This document shows, piece by piece, positions 29,059 through 39,411 of a stretch of DNA of 64,000 nucleotides; position 1 is the stretch's first letter; each line of letters opens with the position of its first letter. The stretch lies in the NCBI GenBank assembly GCA_028279595.1, contig JANQNK010000020.1, positions 320,001 through 384,000 on the forward strand, read 5' to 3'. The notes beneath the pieces are model-generated. The model was not told the DNA's origin. It ran no database searches and saw nothing but the letters and a program-made list of their open reading frames with translations. Source of the stretch: Thermoplasmatota archaeon (lineage in GTDB: Archaea; Thermoplasmatota; JAKEGO01). The position numbers and the translations under genes are program-made.

Positions 29059-30444
29059 TCAATGATTACCGTAATGCGTCTCTATGAACGCTTCCTTGAT
29101 GCGCTTCAGGTCCTCCTTCGGGAGGGTGCTCATCAGCTTCCATCCCAGGTTGAGCGTGTCATCTATCGACCTGTCCTCGTGTTCTGCCTGCGTCACGAGC
29201 TCGTTCTCGAAGAGGTCGGTGAACTGCAGATAGAGCTTGTCCCTGTCCGTTAAAGCCTCTTCACCGACAACAGCGATCAGTTCCCTGAAGTCCTTGCCCT
29301 CGGCATAGGCGGAGTACATCTGGTTGGATACGTCGTCGTGGTCCTCGCGGGTCCTCTCCGGTCCGATGCCGTGCTTCATCAGTCTGGACAGGCACGGAAG
29401 CACGTCGACGGGAGGATAGATTCCTCTCCTGTGAAGGTCCCTCGACAGAACGATTTGTCCTTCAGTGATGTAACCTGTCAGATCGGGAATCGGGTGTGTG
29501 ATGTCGTCGTCGGGCATCGTCAGGATCGGGATCTGCGTTATGGAGCCCTCCTTCCCGAATATTCGACCTGCGCGCTCGTAGATCGATGCGAGGTCGGTGT
29601 ACATGTACCCTGGATATCCCCGTCGTCCGGGAACCTCCTCGCGCGCTGCGGCGATCTCGCGGAGAGCCTCGGCGTAGTTCGTCATGTCCGTCAACACGAC
29701 GAGCACGTGCATGTCGAGATCGAAGGCTAGGTACTCCGCCGCTGTCAGGGCCATCCTCGGAAGGATGATCCTCTCGATGGCGGGGTCGTCGGCGAGGTTG
29801 ATGAAGAGAACGGACCTCTCGATGGCGCCGGTGTCCTCGAACTCGTGTACGAAGAAGTTCGCCTCCTCGGCCGTGATGCCCATGGCGCAGAAGACCACAG
29901 CGAACTCCTCGCCCTGACCCTTCACCGCGGCCTGCCTGGCTATCTGCGCGGCGAGGTTGTTGTGAGGCAATCCAGCACCGGAGAAGATAGGGAGTTTTTG
30001 TCCTCGTACGAGCGTGTTCATGCCGTCGATCGTGGATATTCCAGTCTGGATGAACTCCCGGGGGTACTCACGGGCCGTCGGATTGATCGGAGCGCCGTTG
30101 ATGTCCTTCCTCTCGTCCGGCACGATCTCCATCCCGTCGTCCAGTGGCTGTCCCGTCCCGCCGAAGACCCGTCCGAGGATCTCCTTCGAGACCCCGAACT
30201 TGATGGTCTCTCCCGTGAAGCGGACCGCGGTGTCCTTGACGTCCACGCCCTTCGTTCCCTCGAAGACCTGGATGACGGCCCTGCTCTCGTGGACCTCAAG
30301 GACCTGTCCGTGGCGTGTGTCGCCGGTCCCGGTCTTGATCTTGACGAACTCGCCGAAGAAGACGTCGTCGACGCCCTCGACGACGATCAATGCTCCGGAC
30401 GCCTCGATGACGCTCCTGTAGTCGATGTTCTTGCTCGTGATCAT
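29059..30444 (-). CDS. atpB: A/V-type ATP synthase subunit B
   Basis: [47 protein letters not shown]. Confidence 0.98.
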   Translation of the reverse strand: MITSKNIDYRSVIEASGALIVVEGVDDVFFGEFVKIKTGTGDTRHGQVLEVHESRAVIQVFEGTKGVDVKDTAVRFTGETIKFGVSKEILGRVFGGTGQPLDDGMEIVPDERKDINGAPINPTAREYPREFIQTGISTIDGMNTLVRGQKLPIFSGAGLPHNNLAAQIARQAAVKGQGEEFAVVFCAMGITAEEANFFVHEFEDTGAIERSVLFINLADDPAIERIILPRMALTAAEYLAFDLDMHVLVVLTDMTNYAEALREIAAAREEVPGRRGYPGYMYTDLASIYERAGRIFGKEGSITQIPILTMPDDDITHPIPDLTGYITEGQIVLSRDLHRRGIYPPVDVLPCLSRLMKHGIGPERTREDHDDVSNQMYSAYAEGKDFRELIAVVGEEALTDRDKLYLQFTDLFENELVTQAEHEDRSIDDTLNLGWKLMSTLPKEDLKRIKEAFIETHYGNH

Positions 30445-32183
30445 TCCATCACCTCCAGGTTCGCCATCTCGTTCTCGAGCCTCTGCTCGATCTTCACGAA
30501 CTCGGCCTCGTACTGGTCCAGCGGGATCCTGCCCATCCTGGCCAGGTCCTCACGACCCTTGACCGCCTTGATGGTCGTGATCTCGACGTTCCTGTCGAGG
30601 GCCTCCATCGCGAGGTCGTGGTACTTCATCATGATCCGGAGCATCTCGAACTGCTTCCTGTCGGAGCAGTAGGTGTCCACCGGATCGTAGGCGTGCTGCC
30701 TCAGGAAGTCCTCCCTGATGACCCTCGCGGCCTCAAGTACGACCTGGTCTGACGGCGGAAGCGCGTCCGGTCCAACGAGCTGGATGATGTCCTTGAGTTC
30801 GGCCTCCTTCTGGAGGAGCTGCATGGCCTTCTCCCTTGTGGAGTACCAGGCCGGGTCGACGTTGTCTGCCCACCAGCCCCTGACCTTCTGGAGATACAAT
30901 GAATAGGATCGCAGCCAGTTGATGGACGGGAAGTGACGCCTGTCCGCGAGGTCGGCGTCGAGCGCCCAGAACACCTTGGCTATCCTGAGAGTGTTCTGCG
31001 TAACAGGCTCGGAGAAGTCTCCGCCTGGCGGCGACACCGCCCCGATGATCGAGATGGAACCCGACCGTCCCTGCACGACCTCGACCTGACCGGCCCGCTC
31101 GTAGAACTCCGCAAGCCTGGTCGCCAGGTAGGCTGGGTAACCCTCCTCGCCGGGCATCTCCTCGAGACGGCCCGAGATCTCCCTCAGGGCCTCGGCCCAT
31201 CGGGACGTCGAGTCAGCCATCAGGGCGACGTTGTAGCCCATGTCGCGGAAGTACTCGGCTATCGTGATACCAGTGTAGATGGAAGCCTCGCGTGCAGCCA
31301 CTGGCATGTTCGATGTATTGGCGATGAGTATCGTCCTTGCCATGAGCTTCTCGCCGGTCCTCGGGTCCTCGAGTTCCGGGAACTCGTCGAGCACCTCTGT
31401 CATCTCGTTCCCGCGCTCGCCGCATCCGACGTAGACCACTATCTCGGCGTCGCTCCACTTCGCCAGCTGATGCTGGCTGACGGTCTTGCCCGTTCCGAAA
31501 CCTCCGGGAATGGCAGCGGTCCCGCCCTTCGCAATCGGGAAGAACGTGTCGAACACGCGCTGACCCGTTATCAGCGGTAGGAATGGATCGAACTTCTTGA
31601 GATACGGACGCTCGCGCCTTACGGGCCATCTCTGAGAGAGCTTGATCTCCGTCTTGCCGACCCGCGCAACGACGTCGTCGATGGAATATTCACCGGCTGA
31701 CGCGATGAATCCTACCCTTCCGCTAACGCCGGGAGGGACCATTATCCTGTGCTCGACGACCGGTGATTCCTGGACCTTTCCGAGGATCGCATTGCCTGAG
31801 ACCTCGTCCCCGACGGACGCGGACGGCGTGAAGTGCCACATGTGGTCCCTGTTCAGCGGCGAGACGTTCACACCGCGATCGATGTACTCGCCCGTCAGCT
31901 CCTTGATGTCCGCCAGCGGCCGCTGGATACCGTCATAGATCGTACCGATCAGGCCGGGTCCGAGCTCGACGGAGAGCTGTTCCCCGGTTGTCTCCACCAC
32001 GTCGCCAGGACCTATGCCGCTCGTGTCCTCGTAGACCTGTATGGTCGCGATGTCGCGCTCCAGACCTATGATCTCGCCGATGAGTCCCTGCTCACCGACC
32101 GCCACGACGTCGTACATCCTGGAGCCTGTCATTCCCTCGGCCTTCACCACGGGACCCGCGATGAACACTATCCTTCCTGCCAT
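30441..32183 (-). CDS. atpA: A/V-type ATP synthase subunit A
   Basis: Walker [31 protein letters not shown]; 580 aa, no intein. Confidence 0.98.
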   Translation of the reverse strand: MAGRIVFIAGPVVKAEGMTGSRMYDVVAVGEQGLIGEIIGLERDIATIQVYEDTSGIGPGDVVETTGEQLSVELGPGLIGTIYDGIQRPLADIKELTGEYIDRGVNVSPLNRDHMWHFTPSASVGDEVSGNAILGKVQESPVVEHRIMVPPGVSGRVGFIASAGEYSIDDVVARVGKTEIKLSQRWPVRRERPYLKKFDPFLPLITGQRVFDTFFPIAKGGTAAIPGGFGTGKTVSQHQLAKWSDAEIVVYVGCGERGNEMTEVLDEFPELEDPRTGEKLMARTILIANTSNMPVAAREASIYTGITIAEYFRDMGYNVALMADSTSRWAEALREISGRLEEMPGEEGYPAYLATRLAEFYERAGQVEVVQGRSGSISIIGAVSPPGGDFSEPVTQNTLRIAKVFWALDADLADRRHFPSINWLRSYSLYLQKVRGWWADNVDPAWYSTREKAMQLLQKEAELKDIIQLVGPDALPPSDQVVLEAARVIREDFLRQHAYDPVDTYCSDRKQFEMLRIMMKYHDLAMEALDRNVEITTIKAVKGREDLARMGRIPLDQYEAEFVKIEQRLENEMANLEVME

Positions 32184-32187
32184 GTCA

Positions 32188-32514
32188 TCACCTTGTCACA
32201 TCGATGCCCACCGCCCGGCGGATGACCTTGGCCATCCTGTCCTCCTCCTCGCCGCCCTCGTCGGGCAGCTCCAGGAGGAGCGGTAGCATCCTCTTTTGAT
32301 CGTGAAATCTGTCTATGTCCTTCCTTATCGCACCGGCGGCCGACTCGGAGATCACTATCATCCCGACCTCGGCGTTGCCGATGAGCTCCTTGAACCTCGT
32401 CCGTGCCAGATCGCCGTCGACGTTCGCTCCGTCCTGGACCTCGGTCACGTCTGCCACTCCGCCCAGCCTGAACGCCGTCGCCATGGTCCTGCTCCCTATC
32501 ACGGCTATCCTCAT
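32188..32514 (-). CDS. atpF: A/V-type ATP synthase subunit F
   Basis: True start [20 protein letters not shown] at 32514 (ATGA overlap with atpC); ends IRRAVGID. Confidence 0.93.
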   Translation of the reverse strand: MRIAVIGSRTMATAFRLGGVADVTEVQDGANVDGDLARTRFKELIGNAEVGMIVISESAAGAIRKDIDRFHDQKRMLPLLLELPDEGGEEEDRMAKVIRRAVGIDVTR

Positions 32515-33542
32515 GCGGCCTCCTCCGTGATGGTAGCGCGTTCGACGGCCGTCCATTCCATTCCCGCTGCCGCACCCATGAGCACCGCCCTGACATTGGC
32601 GGTCTCGAACTCCCGGAAGAGCAGGAACCTGGTCAGCGGACCGATGGACATGAACCGTCGGGTGTAGACCCTCTCGGCCATGTCGAAGGTGGTCCGATGC
32701 AATGCCCGCTCGATCTCCACGGGGTCCTTCAGCTCGGATATCCCGTCGAGGTCGGTTCCAGCAAGCGAGCCGACGCCCTTCGATGGGTCCGACGCGATCT
32801 CGGTCAGCATCCACGGAGCCACCGTGTCCCCCTCGGGGATATCTAGTTCAGCTAGCTTGTCTCCAGTACCATGGAGATGCATCCTTATCGCGAGGAGGAC
32901 CAGTTCGGAATCGATCCTTGCAGTAAGGATATCGCGCAGCGGGCGTCCGGATATGCCACGCAGCCTTCCCGACGCTCGGGCCATGGCCCTGAGGTACGCG
33001 GCGTCGAGGTCAGCGTCCCTGGGTTCGTCGACGACCTCGCCGATCTCCGCCAGATACATCGACATCAGTTCGCCGGCGGTCTCGCTCCTGGACATCTTGC
33101 CTGCAAGCGTGCTGTCGATCCTGCCAACCGGGTCGATGGTCACCTCGTTGCCGTCCTCGAGGGTCGCACATGCGTCCCTGACCTCGTCGATCTCGTGGGA
33201 CATCATCATGACCTGGTAGAACGGCCGTACGCGCTTGGGAACGACCTCGAGGGCCTCTCCGAGCAGTTCGCGGTTCGCCTGCTTCATCCGGGAGTCCGCT
33301 TCGTCGATCCCGGCGGCGTCCTCTATCGGGAAGTACCTGGTGGCGAGCCTCTTTGCAGCCTCCCTACGGTCGCCTGTCGCAAGCGCGTCGGCGAGCCTCG
33401 TGGAGGACATGTTCGGGTTCCCTATGACATTGAACCTGGTGTTCAGATAGATCAGCTTGATCGAGAAGTACCTGACGAGCAGCACTATCATGACGGCGGA
33501 TGGTATGCCGATGACGGCCGCGATCGTCAGGATATCAGTCAT
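32511..33542 (-). CDS. atpC: A/V-type ATP synthase subunit C, with N-terminal hydrophobic helix
   Basis: Position between E and F, 343 aa, YLNTR and C-terminal REFETANVRAV motifs; divergent sequence. Confidence 0.82.
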   Translation of the reverse strand: MTDILTIAAVIGIPSAVMIVLLVRYFSIKLIYLNTRFNVIGNPNMSSTRLADALATGDRREAAKRLATRYFPIEDAAGIDEADSRMKQANRELLGEALEVVPKRVRPFYQVMMMSHEIDEVRDACATLEDGNEVTIDPVGRIDSTLAGKMSRSETAGELMSMYLAEIGEVVDEPRDADLDAAYLRAMARASGRLRGISGRPLRDILTARIDSELVLLAIRMHLHGTGDKLAELDIPEGDTVAPWMLTEIASDPSKGVGSLAGTDLDGISELKDPVEIERALHRTTFDMAERVYTRRFMSIGPLTRFLLFREFETANVRAVLMGAAAGMEWTAVERATITEEAA

Positions 33543-34098
33543 CGCCGCCCTCCGAGACCTGGGCCTGGATGATCTCGCGGATGCGCGGTCTCATCTCTTC
33601 GACGATCGTGTCGAAACGCAGGTCGAGGACCTTTCCGTCGCCGGTGCTGAGGAGGATCCCACCGGCCCCTTCCACCGTCCCCGTGACATGCTTTCCGAAG
33701 GATTCGAGGAGCTCGAAGTCCGCCGAACGGCAGACCGAGACCTCGTAATCGCCCAAGAGTTCGTCGCCCACGGCGAGACATCTCTCGATGTAGGCGCGAT
33801 ACTTCTCTTCGTGGAGGTCAGATAACCTCTCGAGGGACCTCTCAACCGTCAGCGAGAGGACCTCGTCGAATGCCCTGCTGACCGTCCTCGACGCCTCGGC
33901 CCGGGCCTGGACGACGACGCCGCGGGCCCTCCGCTCGGCCTCGACGACGCTGTCCTCGAAGGCCTCGGCCTCGGTACGCGCCCTCTCGAGTATCTCTTCC
34001 CTCACGGAGTCGGCCGCTGTCCTCGCCTCGTTGAGGATACCATCGGCCTCCTCCCTTGCCTGCGCCTCCAGGTGCCGCTTCAGCTCATCGAGCCCCAT
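33535..34098 (-). CDS. atpE: A/V-type ATP synthase subunit E
   Basis: MGLDEL start, helical N-half, GGILL..DLRFD motif; operon position. Confidence 0.88.
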   Translation of the reverse strand: MGLDELKRHLEAQAREEADGILNEARTAADSVREEILERARTEAEAFEDSVVEAERRARGVVVQARAEASRTVSRAFDEVLSLTVERSLERLSDLHEEKYRAYIERCLAVGDELLGDYEVSVCRSADFELLESFGKHVTGTVEGAGGILLSTGDGKVLDLRFDTIVEEMRPRIREIIQAQVSEGGDD

Positions 34099-34109
34099 CT
34101 ACGGCACCC

Positions 34110-34916
34110 TCAGAACAGGCCTAGACCTATGATCGCTAGCAATCCGAGCACGAAGCCGAACATCGCGACGGCCTCTGGCATCGCGGAGATGATCAGCCCG
34201 CCGGAGAAGGCCTTCTCCCTCTTGCCGATGGCGCTGAGGGAGGCGCCCGCGGATATGCCCTGCGGGATGGCGGACACGCCGGTGATCCCGACGATCAGCG
34301 CGATGCCGAACAGCGCTACCCACGAACCCGAGTTCATGGCAACGTCCGGAGGCACGCCGGCCCCGCCGATGAGCCCGACGCCCATCAGTATGAAGAAGGC
34401 GATCGCGAACGCGTAGATGACCTGCGTGAACGGCAGTGCGGAGAGCATGAGGATCCGGCCGAGGCCGACCTCCTTCTCTGCTGACAGCGCCATCGCGGAG
34501 GTTCCTGCGATGGCGAGCCCCATCGCGGACGCGATGCCGGCGATCGCCATCATCAATCCGATCGCGATGAGCGACATGTTCTGCAGTTCCGTCGGTCCTG
34601 CCACCTGCACCTCGACGACGCTCGCGTACTCGCCGGTCGCGTTTGATATCACGAGCGACACCAGGTAGGTCCCGCCCGAGGTGTACCTGTGCGTCACGGT
34701 CTCCCCAGACGCGGTGTCACCATCCCCGAAATCCCACATGTAGGTGGCGTTCAAACCTCCGTCTGGAGCCATGAACACGACGTTCTTCTCGACATCCACT
34801 TCGATGCTGTCGACGTCCTCGGTCACTGTATCGCCGACCATTATGTCGACGGCCGCCGCAAGGGGCAGCATCATGACGAGCAACAGCGCCAGCACAAGGC
34901 ATCTCAAACCCTTCAT
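34110..34916 (-). CDS. atpK: ATP synthase subunit K/c (4-TM, V-type-like) fused to an N-terminal signal peptide and PKD domain
   Basis: aa1-22 signal peptide; PKD signature YMWDFGDG..VTHRYTSGGTYLVSL; proteolipid motifs LPFTQVIY, SAIPQG, AMPEA. Confidence 0.92.
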   Translation of the reverse strand: MKGLRCLVLALLLVMMLPLAAAVDIMVGDTVTEDVDSIEVDVEKNVVFMAPDGGLNATYMWDFGDGDTASGETVTHRYTSGGTYLVSLVISNATGEYASVVEVQVAGPTELQNMSLIAIGLMMAIAGIASAMGLAIAGTSAMALSAEKEVGLGRILMLSALPFTQVIYAFAIAFFILMGVGLIGGAGVPPDVAMNSGSWVALFGIALIVGITGVSAIPQGISAGASLSAIGKREKAFSGGLIISAMPEAVAMFGFVLGLLAIIGLGLF

Positions 34917-36805
34917 TTGTTTCCCTCCTCGAATTCAACCTTGGTGTAAAGTCTCTGAGCGTGAAACGGTTCGAACTGGCGTCCCTCGCCCTCGTAGAAC
35001 CGCTTGTAGAACTCCACGAACTGGAGCCTCAGTGAATGGACACCCGCTCCCAGCGCCTGCAGGGCCAGGTTCCCCAGGTGTCCGCCTATCAAAAGGATCG
35101 TGATGACTATCGCCGAGAGACCGATGGGAAGCATTCCCCCCATGGTCAGGGCGAAGGAGTTCAGCGCCATGGCGAGGAGCATGGTCGCCAGGCCGAGGGC
35201 CATTATCCTGATGAACGACAGCGCGTCTCCGAGCATTCCTGTCACCTCGAACAGGAAGAAGAATGCGACGTCCACCAGTATGAGACATATCATCGCCAGT
35301 GTCATGAACAGGGCCGCCGTCTCGACAGCGGGCGGATACGACGCCTCGAACAGGAAGATGGTGATGAGCAGTATCCCCGCGGGGAGCAGCACTATCCACG
35401 AGACCCGCTTCAGCACGAAGTCCTTCCTCTTCCCGCTCCTTAGGTCGTTGATCCCGCCGAGGATGACGCTCACGTAGAGCATGATCGCCCCGATGAGTAT
35501 GGACAGGACGATGAGTCCGGTGACGTTCTCGATGAGGTCTATCGGAAGGACGATCCCGCCTATCTCCAGGTGGTAGAGCTGGTCCCGTCCGAAGACGGCG
35601 CTGTGCAGGTCTCCGAAGAAGGACCCAGTCAGGAAACCGACGATGGCCGTGGATGCCCCGAGCTCTATCCCTAGGATCGATGCGCCCTTCATCGCCGGAC
35701 TGGACCTTCCGATGACCCTGTATCCGTAGATGGAGAGCCCGAGGATTATCAGGCCATAGCCCAGGTCGCCCAGCATTATCCCGAATATCAGTATGAACGT
35801 CATCGCCGTGAGGACCGTCGGGTCCACCTCGTTCCTCGACGGTGTGCCGTAGAGGCTCACGATACCCTCGAACGGTCGCGCCCATCCGGGGTTCCGTATG
35901 TAGGTGGGGGCGTCCTCCCTCTCGCTGAGGTCGACGTGAGCCAGACCCTTGCTCGCCCGCCTGACGGACCGCTCGAGGCGGTCTGCGTCCCGGGCAGCGG
36001 CCCATCCGGTTATCTCGTAAGTGTATCTCCCCTCTGACAGGGTGCCCACGGCGGCGACCTGTTTGGCGGCCATGGCGAGCTGTTCCCTGAGAGCGAGGAA
36101 GCGGCCGTGGTCCGGCTGTAGAGCCGAAAGCTCCTCCTTCAGCCTTCCGATCTCCTCCTTGGCGGACTCGATCTCCTTGGCGAGCTCCATCGCACGGTCG
36201 GAAGGAAGTGCCGGAGCGGTAGGAAACTCGAGCCGGTCGAATCCGGCCAGCGCCTTCCTGTCCCTGACAGCTATCAGCGAGACCGCGCCGTCGTCCGAGG
36301 TCCATACCGCCTCCTCAGGAACGGTCTCCCCTGGTCTTATGAATGCTAGTGAGTAGCCTCTCCTCTCACCGACCTCGGACAGCCGGACCGGCGCTCCGAG
36401 CACCGGCTTGATGGCATCGAGCTCCTCGTCAAGCTCGCGTCGCTTCGACCTCAGCTCCTTCAGGCGCGAGTGGGCCGCAATGGCCCAGTCGAGGTCGTCG
36501 GCGACCCGGGCCCCCTGCTCGAGGACCCTGTCGGGGGTTGTGAACGGCGATCCCTTGGGTACGATGGGCTCGGGAAGCAGGATGGACCTCATGGCCTCCT
36601 TCCTGTCCGCCGGCCTGGGTCTCGATGCGTTGACGAGCGTCGCGATCCGCTTCCTGGTCTTTACAAGCTGGGAGTGGAGTTCCGGCGCCTCTCCCTCGGC
36701 AACCTCGATCTCCATGATGCCCTTCTCGTGCAGGTGCGACAGCACTGGCTGTACCTTCGAACGTGGAACGGCTATCCTGACGTAGAGCATCCTCTCCGGT
36801 ATCAT
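34913..36805 (-). CDS. atpI: A/V-type ATP synthase subunit I (a)
   Basis: EVDPT, FGIMLGDLGYG, essential Arg in LSFIRIMAL, HSLRLQFVEF. Confidence 0.95.
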   Translation of the reverse strand: MIPERMLYVRIAVPRSKVQPVLSHLHEKGIMEIEVAEGEAPELHSQLVKTRKRIATLVNASRPRPADRKEAMRSILLPEPIVPKGSPFTTPDRVLEQGARVADDLDWAIAAHSRLKELRSKRRELDEELDAIKPVLGAPVRLSEVGERRGYSLAFIRPGETVPEEAVWTSDDGAVSLIAVRDRKALAGFDRLEFPTAPALPSDRAMELAKEIESAKEEIGRLKEELSALQPDHGRFLALREQLAMAAKQVAAVGTLSEGRYTYEITGWAAARDADRLERSVRRASKGLAHVDLSEREDAPTYIRNPGWARPFEGIVSLYGTPSRNEVDPTVLTAMTFILIFGIMLGDLGYGLIILGLSIYGYRVIGRSSPAMKGASILGIELGASTAIVGFLTGSFFGDLHSAVFGRDQLYHLEIGGIVLPIDLIENVTGLIVLSILIGAIMLYVSVILGGINDLRSGKRKDFVLKRVSWIVLLPAGILLITIFLFEASYPPAVETAALFMTLAMICLILVDVAFFFLFEVTGMLGDALSFIRIMALGLATMLLAMALNSFALTMGGMLPIGLSAIVITILLIGGHLGNLALQALGAGVHSLRLQFVEFYKRFYEGEGRQFEPFHAQRLYTKVEFEEGNK

Positions 36806-37119
36806 ATCGATCCCAGCACCTCGTCGACCACGATGTCGGACATGGTGTCAACGGCCCTGGAACCCGCGCGGACCACGGAGGATGCGGTCGACTCCCCCTT
36901 CTCGCGAACGGACCTGGCATCCTCGGAGCCGTTGTGCTCGGCCTCTGCCGACCTCTTCCTGGACGATTCGCGTGCCTGCGAGACGATCCCGTCCGCCTCC
37001 TTCTCCGCCACGGAGCGGGCCTCCTCGATCAGGCTTCCGGCCCTCGATCGGGCCTCCTCGATCGTGCCAAGGGCGTCCTTCTCGATCATATCGACGAGCG
37101 ATCCCTGTTCCTTGACCAT
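36802..37119 (-). CDS. atpH: A/V-type ATP synthase subunit H (peripheral stalk)
   Basis: Short charged helical ORF heading the operon. TTTATTAA box about 25 nt before ATG 37119, so probably leaderless. Confidence 0.75.
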   Translation of the reverse strand: MVKEQGSLVDMIEKDALGTIEEARSRAGSLIEEARSVAEKEADGIVSQARESSRKRSAEAEHNGSEDARSVREKGESTASSVVRAGSRAVDTMSDIVVDEVLGSI

Positions 37120-37410
37120 CGAGTCCGGTAACACTATTCATTAATAAAGGATTAACCTATGGAATGGGTCCACTGAAGGTGTCCGTCAGGCACCGTCTTG
37201 ATGTACCCCGAACCCACTGATCCTCACTTTCCGGGCAAGAGTTACGGACTCGATGTTCGAATGTCGATTTTCAGGCCTTTTTCGGAGGAAATCGGGCATC
37301 TGCCGGGCGAAAGGTTAAAAAACACGCTTACCATCCCTTTGATAAGGATAGCGCATCGACCAGGCGGGACTATCACTGTCCACATCAAAAATACCGGAGA
37401 GAGGGGGAAC

Positions 37411-39399
37411 ATGGCATCCAAGTCCGAGGCTAAGGAGCTTCTGAAAAAGGCCGTTGAGCACGCGAAAGCTGAGGAGTACGACGAGGCGATGGAGTTCGTG
37501 GACGAGTCGCTCGGGGTAATAGAGACCCCGGAGGGATACACGAACAAGGGCCACATCTACCGGAAACTCAAGGATTGGAAGAATGCGGCCGAGAACTATT
37601 CCAAGGCGATCTCGCTCGACGCAGACCACGAGAAGGCGATCTCTGGCCTCGAGGCGATGAAGAAGAAGCTTCCCGAGGAGGACTGGCCCTCCGAAGGAGG
37701 CGAGGAGCCAGCGCCGGTGAAGAAGAAGGAGAAGCCGGCCAAGAAGAAGAAGGCCCCCAAACCCGAGCCAGAACCTGAACCCGAGCCAGCTCCCGCTCCC
37801 GTCAAGAAGAAGAAGAAAAAGGCGCCGAAACCGGTCGAGAAGGAGCCGGAACCGGAGCCCGAACCCGAGGAGGAACCTGAGGAGCCAGCGCCCGAGCCAA
37901 AGAAGGCAAAGGTGAAGAAGGCACCGAAGGAGCCGGAACCCGAACCCGAACCAGTACCCGCTCCGGTGAAGAAGAAAAAGAAGAAGAAGGCCCCGAAGCC
38001 CGCACCGGAGCCCGAGAAGCCTAAGAAGAAGATGGCGAAGGGCAAGCCGGTCAAGAAGGGCAAGGTCAGGAGGCCCAAGGCGGATGTGGCCGCGGTCGAG
38101 GTGGTCGAGGTCGTCGAGGAGCCGCCCGAACCCAAGGCCGAGGAGGCCGAGGACGCCCTTCAGGACATCAAGGACGTTGTAAAGGACGATCATCTGAAGG
38201 CCATCATGAAACTGTCCCCGGACATCCTGATGGACTTCGATCCGGACATTCACAGGAAGCTCGAGATATTCCACCACATCGAGGCCATGCTCGACAACTT
38301 CGAGGAGGCCGAGGACGCTGTGAAGAAGGAGCTCGCCGCCCGGGAGGAGAACATTCTCCGGAAGGAGCGGGAGCAGGAACTCCTGGACAAGGAGCTCGAG
38401 CTCAAGAAGAAGCAGGTAACCCAGCGCGTAGAGGAGTCCGACAGGCGCTTCATGGAGGCTGAGAAGCACCTGAAGGGCATCGAGGACAAGGGCAAGTCGG
38501 TGAAGGACATGGAGTCCGCCATCACCGATAAGTCGAAGGCGCTGGAGGACAAGCTCGAGGAACTCAAGGTGACCACTGCGGCAGTGCGGAAGCGCCAGGC
38601 AGCCCTGGAGAAGAGGGAGGCCGAGATGAAGAAGATGGAGAAGAAGCTTCGCAAGGAGTTCGAATCCGCCTCCGCAGACGTAAAGGACAAGGAGAAGGAG
38701 CTCGACACACTTCTTTCCGCAAGGCAGATCGCCGAGCAGGAGATAGACAAGGAGAAGTCGGAGATCGAGGCCAAGTTCAAGAAGCAGATCGCGAAGCTCC
38801 AGGCCGAGCTCAAGAAGGAGCGCGAGGTCGCCAAGAAGCAGAGCGGCGTCGTCAAGAAGGCCAGGGGCGCCCTCTCGAAATCTAAGGCTGACCGCGAGGA
38901 GCTCATGGCCGCCCTCGGCAAGAGGGAGGCCGAATCGCTGCAGCTCAAGGAGAAGCTGGAGACGCTCCAGGCCTACCTCGTCGAGAACGAGAAGCTCCTG
39001 AAAGCCCGCGTCGGACGCGCGGCGGCCGACAGGGAGAAGGCCCCGGAGAGGGCGAAGGAGCTCGAGGAGGAGGAGACCGAGATCACCGAGCGCGTCAAGG
39101 AGCTCGAGACGGCAGTCGAGGACACCATCGAGGCGCCCGAGGAGGACGACCTCGATGAGGTCGATCTCGGGGACCTCGACGAGATGGACATCGACGTCGA
39201 CGACCTAGATCTCGAGGCCGAGGCCGACGATCTCGCGGCGCAGTACGACGCCGAGGAGGCCGAGAAGGCCAAGGATGAGAAGAAGGAGGAACCCGCGGAG
39301 GACGACCTGGGAGACGTCGACCTCGGGGACCTCGACCTGGACGACATGGACCTCGACATCGAGGACATGGACGACGATCTGCTGGCAGAGCTCGAGTGA
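37411..39399 (+). CDS. TPR / low-complexity / long coiled-coil protein with acidic tail
   Basis: ATG 37411 after GAGGGGG; TPR pattern GYTNKGHIY..AAENYSKAISLD; KKKK and PEPEPE blocks; heptad-rich region; DLGDLD repeats. Confidence 0.8.
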   Translation: MASKSEAKELLKKAVEHAKAEEYDEAMEFVDESLGVIETPEGYTNKGHIYRKLKDWKNAAENYSKAISLDADHEKAISGLEAMKKKLPEEDWPSEGGEEPAPVKKKEKPAKKKKAPKPEPEPEPEPAPAPVKKKKKKAPKPVEKEPEPEPEPEEEPEEPAPEPKKAKVKKAPKEPEPEPEPVPAPVKKKKKKKAPKPAPEPEKPKKKMAKGKPVKKGKVRRPKADVAAVEVVEVVEEPPEPKAEEAEDALQDIKDVVKDDHLKAIMKLSPDILMDFDPDIHRKLEIFHHIEAMLDNFEEAEDAVKKELAAREENILRKEREQELLDKELELKKKQVTQRVEESDRRFMEAEKHLKGIEDKGKSVKDMESAITDKSKALEDKLEELKVTTAAVRKRQAALEKREAEMKKMEKKLRKEFESASADVKDKEKELDTLLSARQIAEQEIDKEKSEIEAKFKKQIAKLQAELKKEREVAKKQSGVVKKARGALSKSKADREELMAALGKREAESLQLKEKLETLQAYLVENEKLLKARVGRAAADREKAPERAKELEEEETEITERVKELETAVEDTIEAPEEDDLDEVDLGDLDEMDIDVDDLDLEAEADDLAAQYDAEEAEKAKDEKKEEPAEDDLGDVDLGDLDLDDMDLDIEDMDDDLLAELE

Positions 39400-39411
39400 G
39401 ACGGGAGATCC

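Noticed and set aside
30441-32183. Intein in atpA (a common insertion site)
   Set aside because: Normal 580-aa length with a continuous Walker A region.
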